From the IMG/VR virus record IMGVR_UViG_3300038797_000035, positions 1 through 51,120 of that record: a DNA stretch of 51,120 nucleotides. One strand, given 5' to 3'. The notes under the pieces are model-generated. The model made no database searches, had not been told where the DNA came from, and worked only from the letters and a program-made list of their open reading frames with translations. Below, piece after piece: positions 17,244 to 25,460 of the stretch (the first letter of the stretch is position 1; each line of letters begins with the position of its first letter). The translations under genes and the position numbers were made by a program. Origin of the DNA: a virus. Taxonomy: Duplodnaviria; Caudoviricetes.

Positions 17244-18098
17244 ATGCCCACTACCCAATCAATCGTCAATACCCCCGCCGGTGTCGCGACACGTTTTTCG
17301 AATTTTGAAAACGTGTCGCGTACTGAAATCGTCAGCCTTGTAGATGGCGAGGCAGTTACTACCACTCTCGCCATCGCGGCAGGGTGCGAAGTTGATCATG
17401 CCAGCGTTATTAAGCTGGTCAGAACCTACCAAGCGGACATGGAAGAGTTTGGAAGGGTCGGATTTGAAATCCAGACCTTTCAAACGGCTGGCGGCCAGCA
17501 AGCAAGGGAGATTGCAACACTCAATGAGCAGCAATCGACATTACTCCTTACCTACATGCGCAACAGCGTCATCGTCCGCGACTTCAAAAAGCGACTGGTG
17601 AAAGAGTTCTGGCGTATGGCTCACGCAAAGCCTGCTTTCGACATCGCAAGTCTCAACGACCCTAAAGTCCTGCTGGCCTTGCTGACAGACAACGTGCGCA
17701 AAGTTGTCACCCTGGAAGCAGACAACACCGAGCTTTCCCACGAAAACCTGATGCTCGAGCAGAAGGTCGCCGCCGACGCGCCGAAGACAGCTTTCTTCGA
17801 CGCAGTGACGGTCACCCACGAAACCTACTCGGTGGCCGAGGCCGCAAAACTGATCGGCACCGGCCAGAACCGCCTGATGGCATTCCTGCGCCAGCGTCGC
17901 TGGGTCACTCTCCGCAAGAACGAGCCAATGCAGGGCCCTATTGAGTCCGGCTACCTAACTGCGAAGCTGAGCACATTCGAACACCCCGAGAACGGCAAGA
18001 CGACCGTTTCCACTCCGCGCGTTACCGGCAAGGGGTTGACCAAGCTCCAAGCCCTTTGGGCGCGCCGCGATGCTGACTTGCTCGGAGGTGCTGCGTGA
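17244..18098 (+). CDS. Rha-family / KilAC antirepressor fusion
   Basis: Rha N-domain (TTTLAIAAG...H...LNEQQSTLL...FKKRLVKEF) plus KilAC (APKTAFFD...GQNRLMAFLR...VTGKG). Confidence 0.88.
   Translation: MPTTQSIVNTPAGVATRFSNFENVSRTEIVSLVDGEAVTTTLAIAAGCEVDHASVIKLVRTYQADMEEFGRVGFEIQTFQTAGGQQAREIATLNEQQSTLLLTYMRNSVIVRDFKKRLVKEFWRMAHAKPAFDIASLNDPKVLLALLTDNVRKVVTLEADNTELSHENLMLEQKVAADAPKTAFFDAVTVTHETYSVAEAAKLIGTGQNRLMAFLRQRRWVTLRKNEPMQGPIESGYLTAKLSTFEHPENGKTTVSTPRVTGKGLTKLQALWARRDADLLGGAA
17281..17320. repeat. Bipartite palindrome copy 2 (CGCGACAC-N20-GTGTCGCG)
   Basis: gtgtcgcgacacgtttttcgaattttgaaaacgtgtcgcg. Confidence 0.8.
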
Positions 18099-18886
18099 GC
18101 GTTCAATCCATGAGTTGGGCGCTCGAGCAGAACGACATTGTCGACGCTACGGCTCGCCATGTCCTGCTGTGCCTGGCCAATTATGCCGACAAGAACGGGA
18201 AGGGCGCCTTTCCTTCTGCCAATAGCTTGAGTGCTGACACCGGCCTCTCGCTCCGTACCGTCCGTTACAAGCTGGACCACCTGCTGGAGATCGGGGCGAT
18301 TCGCCTCGGCAACCAGATTATTGCAGCGGCCTATATCGACCGTCACGACCGCCGACCTGTCGTCTACGACCTGTGCGTAGAACGGGGTGCATCTCCTGCA
18401 CCCGGCTCTCGACGGGGTGCAAATGAAGACGCAACGGGGTGCAGCTCACAACACAACGGGGTGCAAATGGCGACCGAACGGGGTGCACCAGCTGCACCCA
18501 ATCCATCATATAACCATCAATTAACCACCAATGACCCGAAAGGGCCTGTCGCTGGCGCTCCCGTGAAGGCTGGAAAGTTCGATCCAATGACTGCCAAGCC
18601 AGCCAACGTGTCCGAAAAGGCCTGGGCCGACTGGTGCCAGCACCGCAAGGAGATCCGCAAGCCACTGACCGCCAAGAGCTGTGAGCAGCAAGCCAAGGCG
18701 CTGGAGGGGCACGAATCGCCGGATCAAGTGCTGTCAATCTCGATCTCCAATGGATGGACCGGCATATTCCCTGAGAAATCCACCAGCAACGTCCACCAGT
18801 TCCCAGCACCCCGTCACACCGGCTTCGCTGACCGCGACTACACCGCCGACCTGATCAAGCGGGAGGATGGCAGCTATGGCTTCTGA
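18095..18886 (+). CDS. Phage replication initiator (O-like, HTH)
   Basis: VLLCLANYADKNGKGAFPSANSLSADTGLSLRTVR; internal iterons. Confidence 0.88.
   Translation: MSVQSMSWALEQNDIVDATARHVLLCLANYADKNGKGAFPSANSLSADTGLSLRTVRYKLDHLLEIGAIRLGNQIIAAAYIDRHDRRPVVYDLCVERGASPAPGSRRGANEDATGCSSQHNGVQMATERGAPAAPNPSYNHQLTTNDPKGPVAGAPVKAGKFDPMTAKPANVSEKAWADWCQHRKEIRKPLTAKSCEQQAKALEGHESPDQVLSISISNGWTGIFPEKSTSNVHQFPAPRHTGFADRDYTADLIKREDGSYGF
18382..18530 (+). repeat. Replication origin: 5 x ACGGGGTGCA iterons plus AT-rich tract
   Basis: Copies at 18382, 18412, 18434, 18456 and 18478 (last four at a 22-bp period); inverted TGCACCC copies; AT-rich segment after 18500. Confidence 0.85.
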
Positions 18887-19688
18887 AAACGTCGTCGCCA
18901 TCCAGGCGCCTGCCTACCCGCCAGGCACTCGGATCCAGCCAGCGAGCTGCGAAACCCATGGGGAGTACGAGCAGAAGGTCTATTCGGTCCTGGGTCGGGA
19001 TCTTCGCTCTGGTTGCCCAGAGTGCAGCCGCATTCGCGCCGAGGAAGAAGAAACCCGCCGTCAGCTCCAGGAATCAACCTTGCTCCGCATCCGCATGGCC
19101 GAAAAGCTCGGTGCCGCGCTGATCCCCAAGCGCTTCGCGGGCAAGACCTTCGACCAGTACATCGCGAAGACCGCCGAGCAACACAAGGCGCTGAACGCCT
19201 GCCGCCGGTACGCCGCTGAGTTCGTAAGCATCGCCGAGGCTGGCCGGTGTCTGCTTCTGTTGGGCAAGCCCGGTACCGGCAAGACCCACCTGGCCGTGGC
19301 CATAGCCAACGAAATCATGGCGACCACCACCGCAACAGCCGTGTACCGCACCATCGGCTCCGTGCTCCAGGCCATCCGCGCCACCTACGACAACACCAGT
19401 GAGAAAAGCGAAAGCCAGATCCTGTCGAGTCTCATCAGTCCATCGCTTCTGATCCTGGACGAAATCGGGGTGAGCAAGGAGAAGCCCAGCGACTTCGAGT
19501 TGACGACCCTGTTCGCCATCATCAATGGCCGGTACGAGGAGCTGCGACCCACCGTCATCGTTTCCAACCTGGACGCGAAGGCCTTGGCTAACGCAATCGG
19601 TGATCGTTGCGCAGATCGCCTCAGAGAGGGCGGCGTGATCGTGATCCCGTTCGAGTGGGAATCACAGCGCGGCAAGGAGGGTTTCTGA
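18876..19688 (+). CDS. DnaC/IstB-like helicase loader ATPase
   Basis: Walker A GKPGTGKT; Walker B LLILDE; IINGRYEELRPTVIVSN. Confidence 0.92.
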   Translation: MASENVVAIQAPAYPPGTRIQPASCETHGEYEQKVYSVLGRDLRSGCPECSRIRAEEEETRRQLQESTLLRIRMAEKLGAALIPKRFAGKTFDQYIAKTAEQHKALNACRRYAAEFVSIAEAGRCLLLLGKPGTGKTHLAVAIANEIMATTTATAVYRTIGSVLQAIRATYDNTSEKSESQILSSLISPSLLILDEIGVSKEKPSDFELTTLFAIINGRYEELRPTVIVSNLDAKALANAIGDRCADRLREGGVIVIPFEWESQRGKEGF

Positions 19689-20128
19689 TGAGCAACGACA
19701 AGATGCGTGAAGAGTTTGAAGCGGCATACGTTGAGGGGCTTGTAGGCCGCTGTGGGGAGGGATTCAGGTCTACCGCCGCGCACTCCCTTACTGAAAAGCG
19801 TCCGGATGGTGAGTATCTGCATTACCCAGACTTCATTGCATGGTGGGCTTGGCGGGCATCCCGCGAAGCGCTTGAGCTGTCACAGGCGAGCCCCGAGATT
19901 CAGGAAATGCTCAAGCAATTCGAGGCCGATGAAGCGGAAGAAATTCGGCGCGCAGAGAGTTTCGTCCGAGAAACGTGTCGTGCCTCAATTTCAGCCCTAC
20001 AGCGCAACTTCAAGATTGGCTACGAGAATGCCTGTCGCCTTATGGACAAGCTTGTCGCTCGAGGAGTCGTGTCGCCAATTGACGCCGAGGGACGCCGCAC
20101 CGTTCTGCCAGAGCAGGTGAAGCCATGA
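19688..20128 (+). CDS. Phage protein with C-terminal FtsK gamma domain
   Basis: AESFVRETCRASISALQRNFKIGYENACRLMDKLVARGVVSP...GRRTVL closely follows the FtsK-gamma consensus (ASISxxQRxxRIGYNRAARL). Confidence 0.8.
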   Translation: MSNDKMREEFEAAYVEGLVGRCGEGFRSTAAHSLTEKRPDGEYLHYPDFIAWWAWRASREALELSQASPEIQEMLKQFEADEAEEIRRAESFVRETCRASISALQRNFKIGYENACRLMDKLVARGVVSPIDAEGRRTVLPEQVKP

Positions 20129-20661
20129 CCGACAACACCGAACTGCAGAGGCTGGTAGATCGCGTACTGACGGATCGCCGGTTCTGCGGCGACGAAAACC
20201 ACAAGGCTCTTGCTGATGGTGTTCAGGTCCTGATCGCCGAGAACGAGCGCCTGAAGACATTGCGGAGCACAACCGAACGCGATCTTGCGCAAGAGCTTCA
20301 GGTTTGGCGGCACGGCCCGTCCTGCTGGAATTGCGGAGATACCGGCGACGTGCATGACATCGTCGGCGAATGGCGTGGCAAATGCGATTGCAATGCAGCC
20401 AAGTTGATTGACGTTGCCTACGAGCGGGACCAACTCCGCGCCGAAGTCTCCGGCCTCAAGACCGGCTACCAAGCCTACGAGCGGGTGAATGCTGAGCTGA
20501 AGGCTGAGGTGGAGGGGCTGCGAAAGTTTCTTCTGGATGCATCGGAGGAAATTGCCGATTGGGGCGCCTATGCCAGCGCCTACTTCCAAGAAAAGCACGA
20601 CCTTGCCGGCTGCGTAGCAAAATTTCATGCCGCCGCCATGGGCAAGGGAGAGCAGTCATGA
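20125..20661 (+). CDS. Hypothetical protein (Ead/Ea22-like coiled coil)
   Basis: MTDNTELQRL...LIAENERL pattern. Confidence 0.7.
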   Translation: MTDNTELQRLVDRVLTDRRFCGDENHKALADGVQVLIAENERLKTLRSTTERDLAQELQVWRHGPSCWNCGDTGDVHDIVGEWRGKCDCNAAKLIDVAYERDQLRAEVSGLKTGYQAYERVNAELKAEVEGLRKFLLDASEEIADWGAYASAYFQEKHDLAGCVAKFHAAAMGKGEQS

Positions 20662-20885
20662 CCATGAACTCAATCGCTTTGTGGCTCGGCTACGGATCGA
20701 TGATTGTCGGCGGCGTGGCGCTGATCGCGGCGATGCTCTTTGTGGTCGGCTGCGCACTTGCCGCGGTTGCGAACAAGAGCTTGCGAGCACTGATCCGGAT
20801 CTACGACCTGAAGACGCTTCGCACGACCATGCGCCAGCTTGAGGCCGAAGGAAAGGTAAGCAGGACGACGGGGGTTAAGCCATGA
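20658..20885 (+). CDS. Small membrane protein
   Basis: Long hydrophobic N-terminus; ATGA overlaps on both sides. Confidence 0.65.
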   Translation: MTMNSIALWLGYGSMIVGGVALIAAMLFVVGCALAAVANKSLRALIRIYDLKTLRTTMRQLEAEGKVSRTTGVKP

Positions 20886-21352
20886 CCGACAAGATCAGCG
20901 TCAACTGCCAGGCCAAGCTCTCCGAGGCCATCACCCGGCTCAGCGCCATGTTCCGAGACAAGAAGTTCGTGGTGGTCTCTCTGCGCCCGGGCAAGGACCG
21001 CACGCTGGACCAGAACGCACTCTGGTTTGCGATGTACAAGCGCATTTCCGAAATGACCCAGATCGGCGACCCGGCCGACGCCCGCCGGTACTGCAAGTTG
21101 CACATCGGCGTGCAGATCCTGCTGAACGAGGATGCCGGGTTTCAGGCTGAGTGGTACCGGGTGATGCGTCACCTGCCATGCGAGACGAAGCTGGCCATGA
21201 TGGGCGGCTGCAAGCTCTTCGGCCCGGACGGCTTCCCGGTGACCAGTCTGTTCAATCGCGCCCAGGGCGTGGCGTACACCGACCGGATCGTCACGCGCTT
21301 CGCTCCGCAGGGCGTGTACTTCGATGACCTTCTGAGCCAGGAGGCTGCATGA
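20882..21352 (+). CDS. NinB-like protein
   Basis: RTLDQNALWFAMY motif; upstream of ninG. Confidence 0.65.
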   Translation: MTDKISVNCQAKLSEAITRLSAMFRDKKFVVVSLRPGKDRTLDQNALWFAMYKRISEMTQIGDPADARRYCKLHIGVQILLNEDAGFQAEWYRVMRHLPCETKLAMMGGCKLFGPDGFPVTSLFNRAQGVAYTDRIVTRFAPQGVYFDDLLSQEAA

Positions 21353-21936
21353 CGATTGAACGGAAGCAGCCCAAGCCGAAGAAATGCCGCGTCGCTACCT
21401 GCAGGGCCTCATTCGTCCCATCGAGGATGGGTCAGGCAGTTTGCAGCCCGGCATGCGCAATGATCGATGCACCGAAGAACCAGGAGAAAGCGCGCAAGGC
21501 CATCGACCAGCGCGAGCGTCGAGAGATCAAGGTTCGCAAGGAGAGGCTGAAGAGCAGGGCGGATCACCTCAAGGACGCCCAGCATGCATTCAACGCCTGG
21601 ATACGGGCGCGTGATGCTGGGCAGCCATGCATCAGTTGCGGCACCACTGCGGATGTCCAGTACTGCGCAGGGCACTACAGAACAACCGCTGCCTGCCCAG
21701 AGCTCCGCTTCGAGCCCTTGAACGTAAACCTTCAATGCAACCGCAATTGCAACATGGGCAAGTCCGGGAACCTGCTGGGGTATAGACCGGGCCTGATCAA
21801 GAAGATTGGCATCGAGGCAGTGGAGTGGCTTGAAGGCCCTCATGAGGCCAAGAAGTACACCGTCGAGCAACTGAAGGCGATGACCGCCGAATACCGGGCC
21901 AAGACCCGCGAACTGAAGAAGGGGCACGCAGCATGA
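21349..21936 (+). CDS. ninG: NinG/Rap recombination endonuclease
   Basis: AFNAWIRARD...CISCG...AGHYR...LRFEPLNVNLQC...CN. Confidence 0.9.
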   Translation: MTIERKQPKPKKCRVATCRASFVPSRMGQAVCSPACAMIDAPKNQEKARKAIDQRERREIKVRKERLKSRADHLKDAQHAFNAWIRARDAGQPCISCGTTADVQYCAGHYRTTAACPELRFEPLNVNLQCNRNCNMGKSGNLLGYRPGLIKKIGIEAVEWLEGPHEAKKYTVEQLKAMTAEYRAKTRELKKGHAA

Positions 21937-22514
21937 AAATCAACTCAGCGCGCCAGGCTTGGCATGACTGCAATTACAACCCGGCACCGGGCCAGACCTC
22001 CGATGTCGTCCAGCTTGGCGTGGTGGTGCAGAACACGGAGCGCGGGCCAACGGCCAACCATGCCGTCCATGGCGCCCTGGCCGGGCACATCCAGTCGGCA
22101 ATCGCCAGGCTTCACCCGCAGATCCGCGTCTTCGGTGATTTCATGTACGCCGCCGAGCAGAGCGACGACATCCGCGAGGCGGCCGAAGACGTGGTGTTCC
22201 TGCTGGTGCAAAACAGATCGCCACGGATGACTGCGGCCAAGCGCGAAAAGCTGGAGTACGTGGTGAAGGGCGTCATGAGCCGTTACCGCTACATGCACCA
22301 AGGTGGCCAGTCGGCAAATGAAGACCCGCTCGCCAACGCCGAGAAGTTTCGGGCGTGGCTGTGGCAGGTGTACGGGGTTCGGTTGGAGTCGTGCAACTGG
22401 GATCGGGATTGGGGTGGTGTGGTGCAGTTGATTTTCGAGTGCTGCGAGGATCTTGACCGTCGTGCACTGAGCCCTGTAGCGGCGGTAATTTACGAAATGC
22501 GCGAGGCCGCTTGA
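21933..22514 (+). CDS. Putative Q-like late antiterminator
   Basis: Position between ninG and the pR'-like promoter/terminator (inference from synteny). Confidence 0.55.
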   Translation: MKINSARQAWHDCNYNPAPGQTSDVVQLGVVVQNTERGPTANHAVHGALAGHIQSAIARLHPQIRVFGDFMYAAEQSDDIREAAEDVVFLLVQNRSPRMTAAKREKLEYVVKGVMSRYRYMHQGGQSANEDPLANAEKFRAWLWQVYGVRLESCNWDRDWGGVVQLIFECCEDLDRRALSPVAAVIYEMREAA

Positions 22515-22521
22515 GGGCCTA

Positions 22522-22550
22522 TTGCGTTCCCGTGCGGCTCATGGCATGAT
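22522..22550 (+). promoter_or_regulatory. Late promoter (pR'-like)
   Basis: TTGCGT, 17 bp, TG-N-CATGAT; terminator ~50 nt downstream. Confidence 0.65.
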
Positions 22551-22598
22551 TTCGCCACTGTTAGAGTTTTGCCTCCGGCAACTTACTCATGATCCAAG

Positions 22599-22628
22599 AA
22601 AACCCGGCCACCGCGCCGGGTTTTTTAT
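22599..22628 (+). terminator. tR'-like terminator
   Basis: AAAACCCGGC-loop-GCCGGGTTTTTT. Confidence 0.85.
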
Positions 22629-22658
22629 TGCCTCGAATTCGACCTTCTGGAGATGCGC

Positions 22659-22823
22659 ATGAAGCTGAAAGCCAAAAGCAATCTGCTAGAGCGCGCCAGA
22701 ACGGCATGGGAGGCGGTCGCACGCCAAGTTGGCGAGACCGACTTCTCGCGCCATCCGCGCACCGGCGAGTATTTGCATCCAGGTGTCGCCATGGGTTGGC
22801 GCATACACAAAAAGAATTTGTAG
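22659..22823 (+). CDS. 54-aa hypothetical protein (not in ORF track)
   Basis: GGAG RBS; MKLKAKSNLLERARTAWEAVARQVGETDFSRHPRTGEYLHPGVAMGWRIHKKNL*. Confidence 0.6.
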   Translation: MKLKAKSNLLERARTAWEAVARQVGETDFSRHPRTGEYLHPGVAMGWRIHKKNL

Positions 22824-22828
22824 TTTCA

Positions 22829-23030
22829 CCTGTAGCCAGGACAGCCCTCGGGAAGACCTGGACGTCGATAGCCGGATAGTGCGACGTACGGAATCAACAC
22901 CGGCAGCCCCGCACTCTGACCTCACATGCTTGCAGAGTGGCGCGAGACTGGATCAGCGAGATCGATGCAATTGGGCGTCGACGTAGGGAAGGTCTTTGGC
23001 AGACAGCTCGGAAAGACGAGCGCACCTATT
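22829..23030 (+). ncRNA. Putative structured RNA in the late leader
   Basis: Nested stems, a loop-to-downstream GCCGG/CCGGC pseudoknot and a terminal GCTCG-GAAAGA-CGAGC hairpin; no credible ORF. Confidence 0.45.
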
Positions 23031-23165
23031 CAAGGCGTCGACAGGCTTTTTCGTTTTCGACTCCAACACCCCCATTGCTCCCAGCTGGGAGTGCAGCTGG
23101 GGCTGATTCAAATCCGCAGGTATAGGCCTGCCACATTCCCAACTCCCTGACGGGGAGGAACCGAG

Positions 23166-23498
23166 ATGTCCAACATGCCAGACAAACCAGACACCTGGGC
23201 GATAGCGCTTGCGTGGTTGAGCCAGCATTCGCCGATCCTCTTCGCTGCTGGGCTGTCCTGCGCCATGGCTGTCCTGCGAATCACCTACGGCGGCGGATCA
23301 AGGCGCCAGATGATCGTGGAGGGTGCTATCTGCGGCGGCCTGACACTGACCATCATCAGCGGGCTGGATTTCTTCGGTCTACCTCAGAGCATGGCCACCT
23401 TTGCCGGTGGCTGGGTTGGCTTCCTAGGCGTAGAGAAGATCCGCAACATCGCTGACCGAGTGACGGACTTCAAGTTGCCGAGCCGTAAGCCTGAGTAG
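23166..23498 (+). CDS. Holin (lambda S family), possible dual start MSNM
   Basis: Three TM helices; LRITYGGG...EGAICG...FAGGWVGFLGVEKIR. Confidence 0.9.
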   Translation: MSNMPDKPDTWAIALAWLSQHSPILFAAGLSCAMAVLRITYGGGSRRQMIVEGAICGGLTLTIISGLDFFGLPQSMATFAGGWVGFLGVEKIRNIADRVTDFKLPSRKPE

Positions 23499-23540
23499 GT
23501 CGCGACACGTTTCGCGAATCAGTGAATTGTGTCGCGACAC
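23499..23540. repeat. Bipartite palindrome copy 3 (CGCGACAC-N20-GTGTCGCG)
   Basis: gtcgcgacacgtttcgcgaatcagtgaattgtgtcgcgacac; fills the holin-terS gap. Confidence 0.8.
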
Positions 23541-23553
23541 TGGAGATAATCGA

Positions 23554-24114
23554 ATGGCATTGACCCCAAAGCAGGAGGCCTTCTGCTTGGCCTACCTGAA
23601 GACGGGTAACGCCAGCGAGGCTTACAGGCAGGCTTACAGCGCTGCGAACATGAAGCCTGAGACGATAAACAACAAGGCAAGCTCACTGCTCAAGAAGGGC
23701 GAGATTGGGGCGAGGCTTGAACAGCTCAACCAGTCAGCCGTCACCGACTCGGTAATGACCCGTCAGCGCGCTCTGGAGCGTCTCAGCCTGATCGCAGAGA
23801 CATCCATCACTGACATCCTTGAGTTCGACCAGCGCGAGATCGATGGGCCAGAAGGCCCGGTCAGTGAGACCATCTGGCGCATGAAGGACAGTGTCGAGAT
23901 CCCGGAGGTAGCTGCGGCCACCATCAAGTCGGTGACCATGACCAAGTTCGGGCCGAAGATTGAGATGTATGACCGTCTGGGTGCGATTCAGCAGCTCGCC
24001 AGAATGCAGGGCTGGGAGTCAGCACAGAAGCACGACCACACCAGCAGCGACGGCAGCATGAGCCCCAAAGGGAAGTCGCTGGACGACTTCTACACCAGCG
24101 ATGTACCAGCTTAA
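23554..24114 (+). CDS. terS: Terminase small subunit
   Basis: LTPKQEAFCLAYLKTGNASEAYRQAYS. Confidence 0.92.
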   Translation: MALTPKQEAFCLAYLKTGNASEAYRQAYSAANMKPETINNKASSLLKKGEIGARLEQLNQSAVTDSVMTRQRALERLSLIAETSITDILEFDQREIDGPEGPVSETIWRMKDSVEIPEVAAATIKSVTMTKFGPKIEMYDRLGAIQQLARMQGWESAQKHDHTSSDGSMSPKGKSLDDFYTSDVPA

Positions 24115-25444
24115 CCCGAACCTTCGTGAGTTCTGGCGGATCAGGAAGCCGTACAAGCTTCTGAAGGGTGGGCGGTTCTCATCGAAGACCCAAGACGCGG
24201 GCGGCATGGCTGCCTTCCTGGCTCGCAACTACACGGTGAAGTTTCTCTGCATTCGCCAGTTCCAGAACCGTATCGCCGACTCGGTGTATACGGTCATCAA
24301 GGAAAAGATCAATCAGGCCGGCTGGACGGACGAGTTTGATATCGGTGTTTCGTCGATCAAGCACCGCAAGACCGGTTCGGAGTTTCTGTTCTACGGCATA
24401 GCCCGCAACCTGAACGACATCAAGGGTACTGAGGGCGTCGACATCTGCTGGATTGAGGAAGGCGAAGGCCTTACCGAAGAACAGTGGAAGGTAATCGACC
24501 CAACAATTCGGAAAGAGGGATCGGAGATCTGGATTCTTTGGAACCCGGATCTGATGACCGACTTCGTGCAGGCCAAGCTACCGAAGCTGCTGGGCGATGA
24601 CTGCGTCATTAAGCACATCAACTACGCCGATAACCCATTCCTCTCTGACACTGCTCGCGCAAAGGCTGAGCGACTGAAGGACGCGGACGAGGAGTCGTAT
24701 AACCACATCTACCTCGGCCAGCCTCGCAGCAACGACGACGCAGCGGTTATCAAGTTCTCCTGGGTAGAGGCGTGCGTTAACGCGCACCTGAAGCTTGGTA
24801 TGAGCCTGTCCGGGGCCAAGGCAGTTGGTTATGACGTGGCGGATAGCGGCGATGACAGCAATGCGTGCGCCATGTTCGACGGCGCGATCTGCGCTGAGCT
24901 GGATGAATGGAAAGCTGGCGAGGACGAGCTAAACGAGTCTGCCATGCGCGCCTGGTCTCACGTCAGGGGCGGACGGTTGATCTACGACAGCATCGGTAAC
25001 GGTGCGCATGTTGGCTCAACCCTGAAGGCCGCGCGGATCCATGGCGGCTACTTCAAGTTCAACGCCGCCGGCGCCATCGTCAATCCTGAAAAGGAATACG
25101 CGCCCAAGATCAAGAACAAGGACAAGTTCGAGAACCTGAAGGCCCAGGCCTGGCAGGACGTGGCCGACCGTATGCGCAACACGTTCAACGCGGTCACGAA
25201 GGGGCAAAAGTTCAAGGCTTCTGACCTGATCAGCATTTCCGGTGACTTGCGGAAGATCGAGCAACTCAAGCTCGAGCTGTCCACGCCGCGCAAGCGATAT
25301 AGCAAGCGTGGGCTGGACATGGTCGAGACAAAGGATGAGCTGGCTCGGCGAAGTGTCGCGTCCCCAAACCTGGCTGATGCATTCGTGATGGGTGCATGTC
25401 CGCACCTGGTAGCCAATTCGAGACCAATACGCGACCTCCTATAA
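24101..25444 (+). CDS. terL: Terminase large subunit (PBSX family)
   Basis: GGRFSSKT Walker A; WIEE Walker B; GYDVA; SPNLADA. Confidence 0.93.
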   Translation: MYQLNPNLREFWRIRKPYKLLKGGRFSSKTQDAGGMAAFLARNYTVKFLCIRQFQNRIADSVYTVIKEKINQAGWTDEFDIGVSSIKHRKTGSEFLFYGIARNLNDIKGTEGVDICWIEEGEGLTEEQWKVIDPTIRKEGSEIWILWNPDLMTDFVQAKLPKLLGDDCVIKHINYADNPFLSDTARAKAERLKDADEESYNHIYLGQPRSNDDAAVIKFSWVEACVNAHLKLGMSLSGAKAVGYDVADSGDDSNACAMFDGAICAELDEWKAGEDELNESAMRAWSHVRGGRLIYDSIGNGAHVGSTLKAARIHGGYFKFNAAGAIVNPEKEYAPKIKNKDKFENLKAQAWQDVADRMRNTFNAVTKGQKFKASDLISISGDLRKIEQLKLELSTPRKRYSKRGLDMVETKDELARRSVASPNLADAFVMGACPHLVANSRPIRDLL

Positions 25445-25460
25445 CCAATTCGGTGACCCC

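Noticed and set aside
18382-18499. Regularly spaced 10-bp repeats as a CRISPR-like array
   Set aside because: Repeats and 12-bp spacers are too short, lie inside the initiator ORF, and no cas genes are present. They fit replication iterons.
23166-23498. Separation of the holin from endolysin/spanins as a novelty
   Set aside because: Split lysis cassettes are common in Pseudomonas temperate phages.
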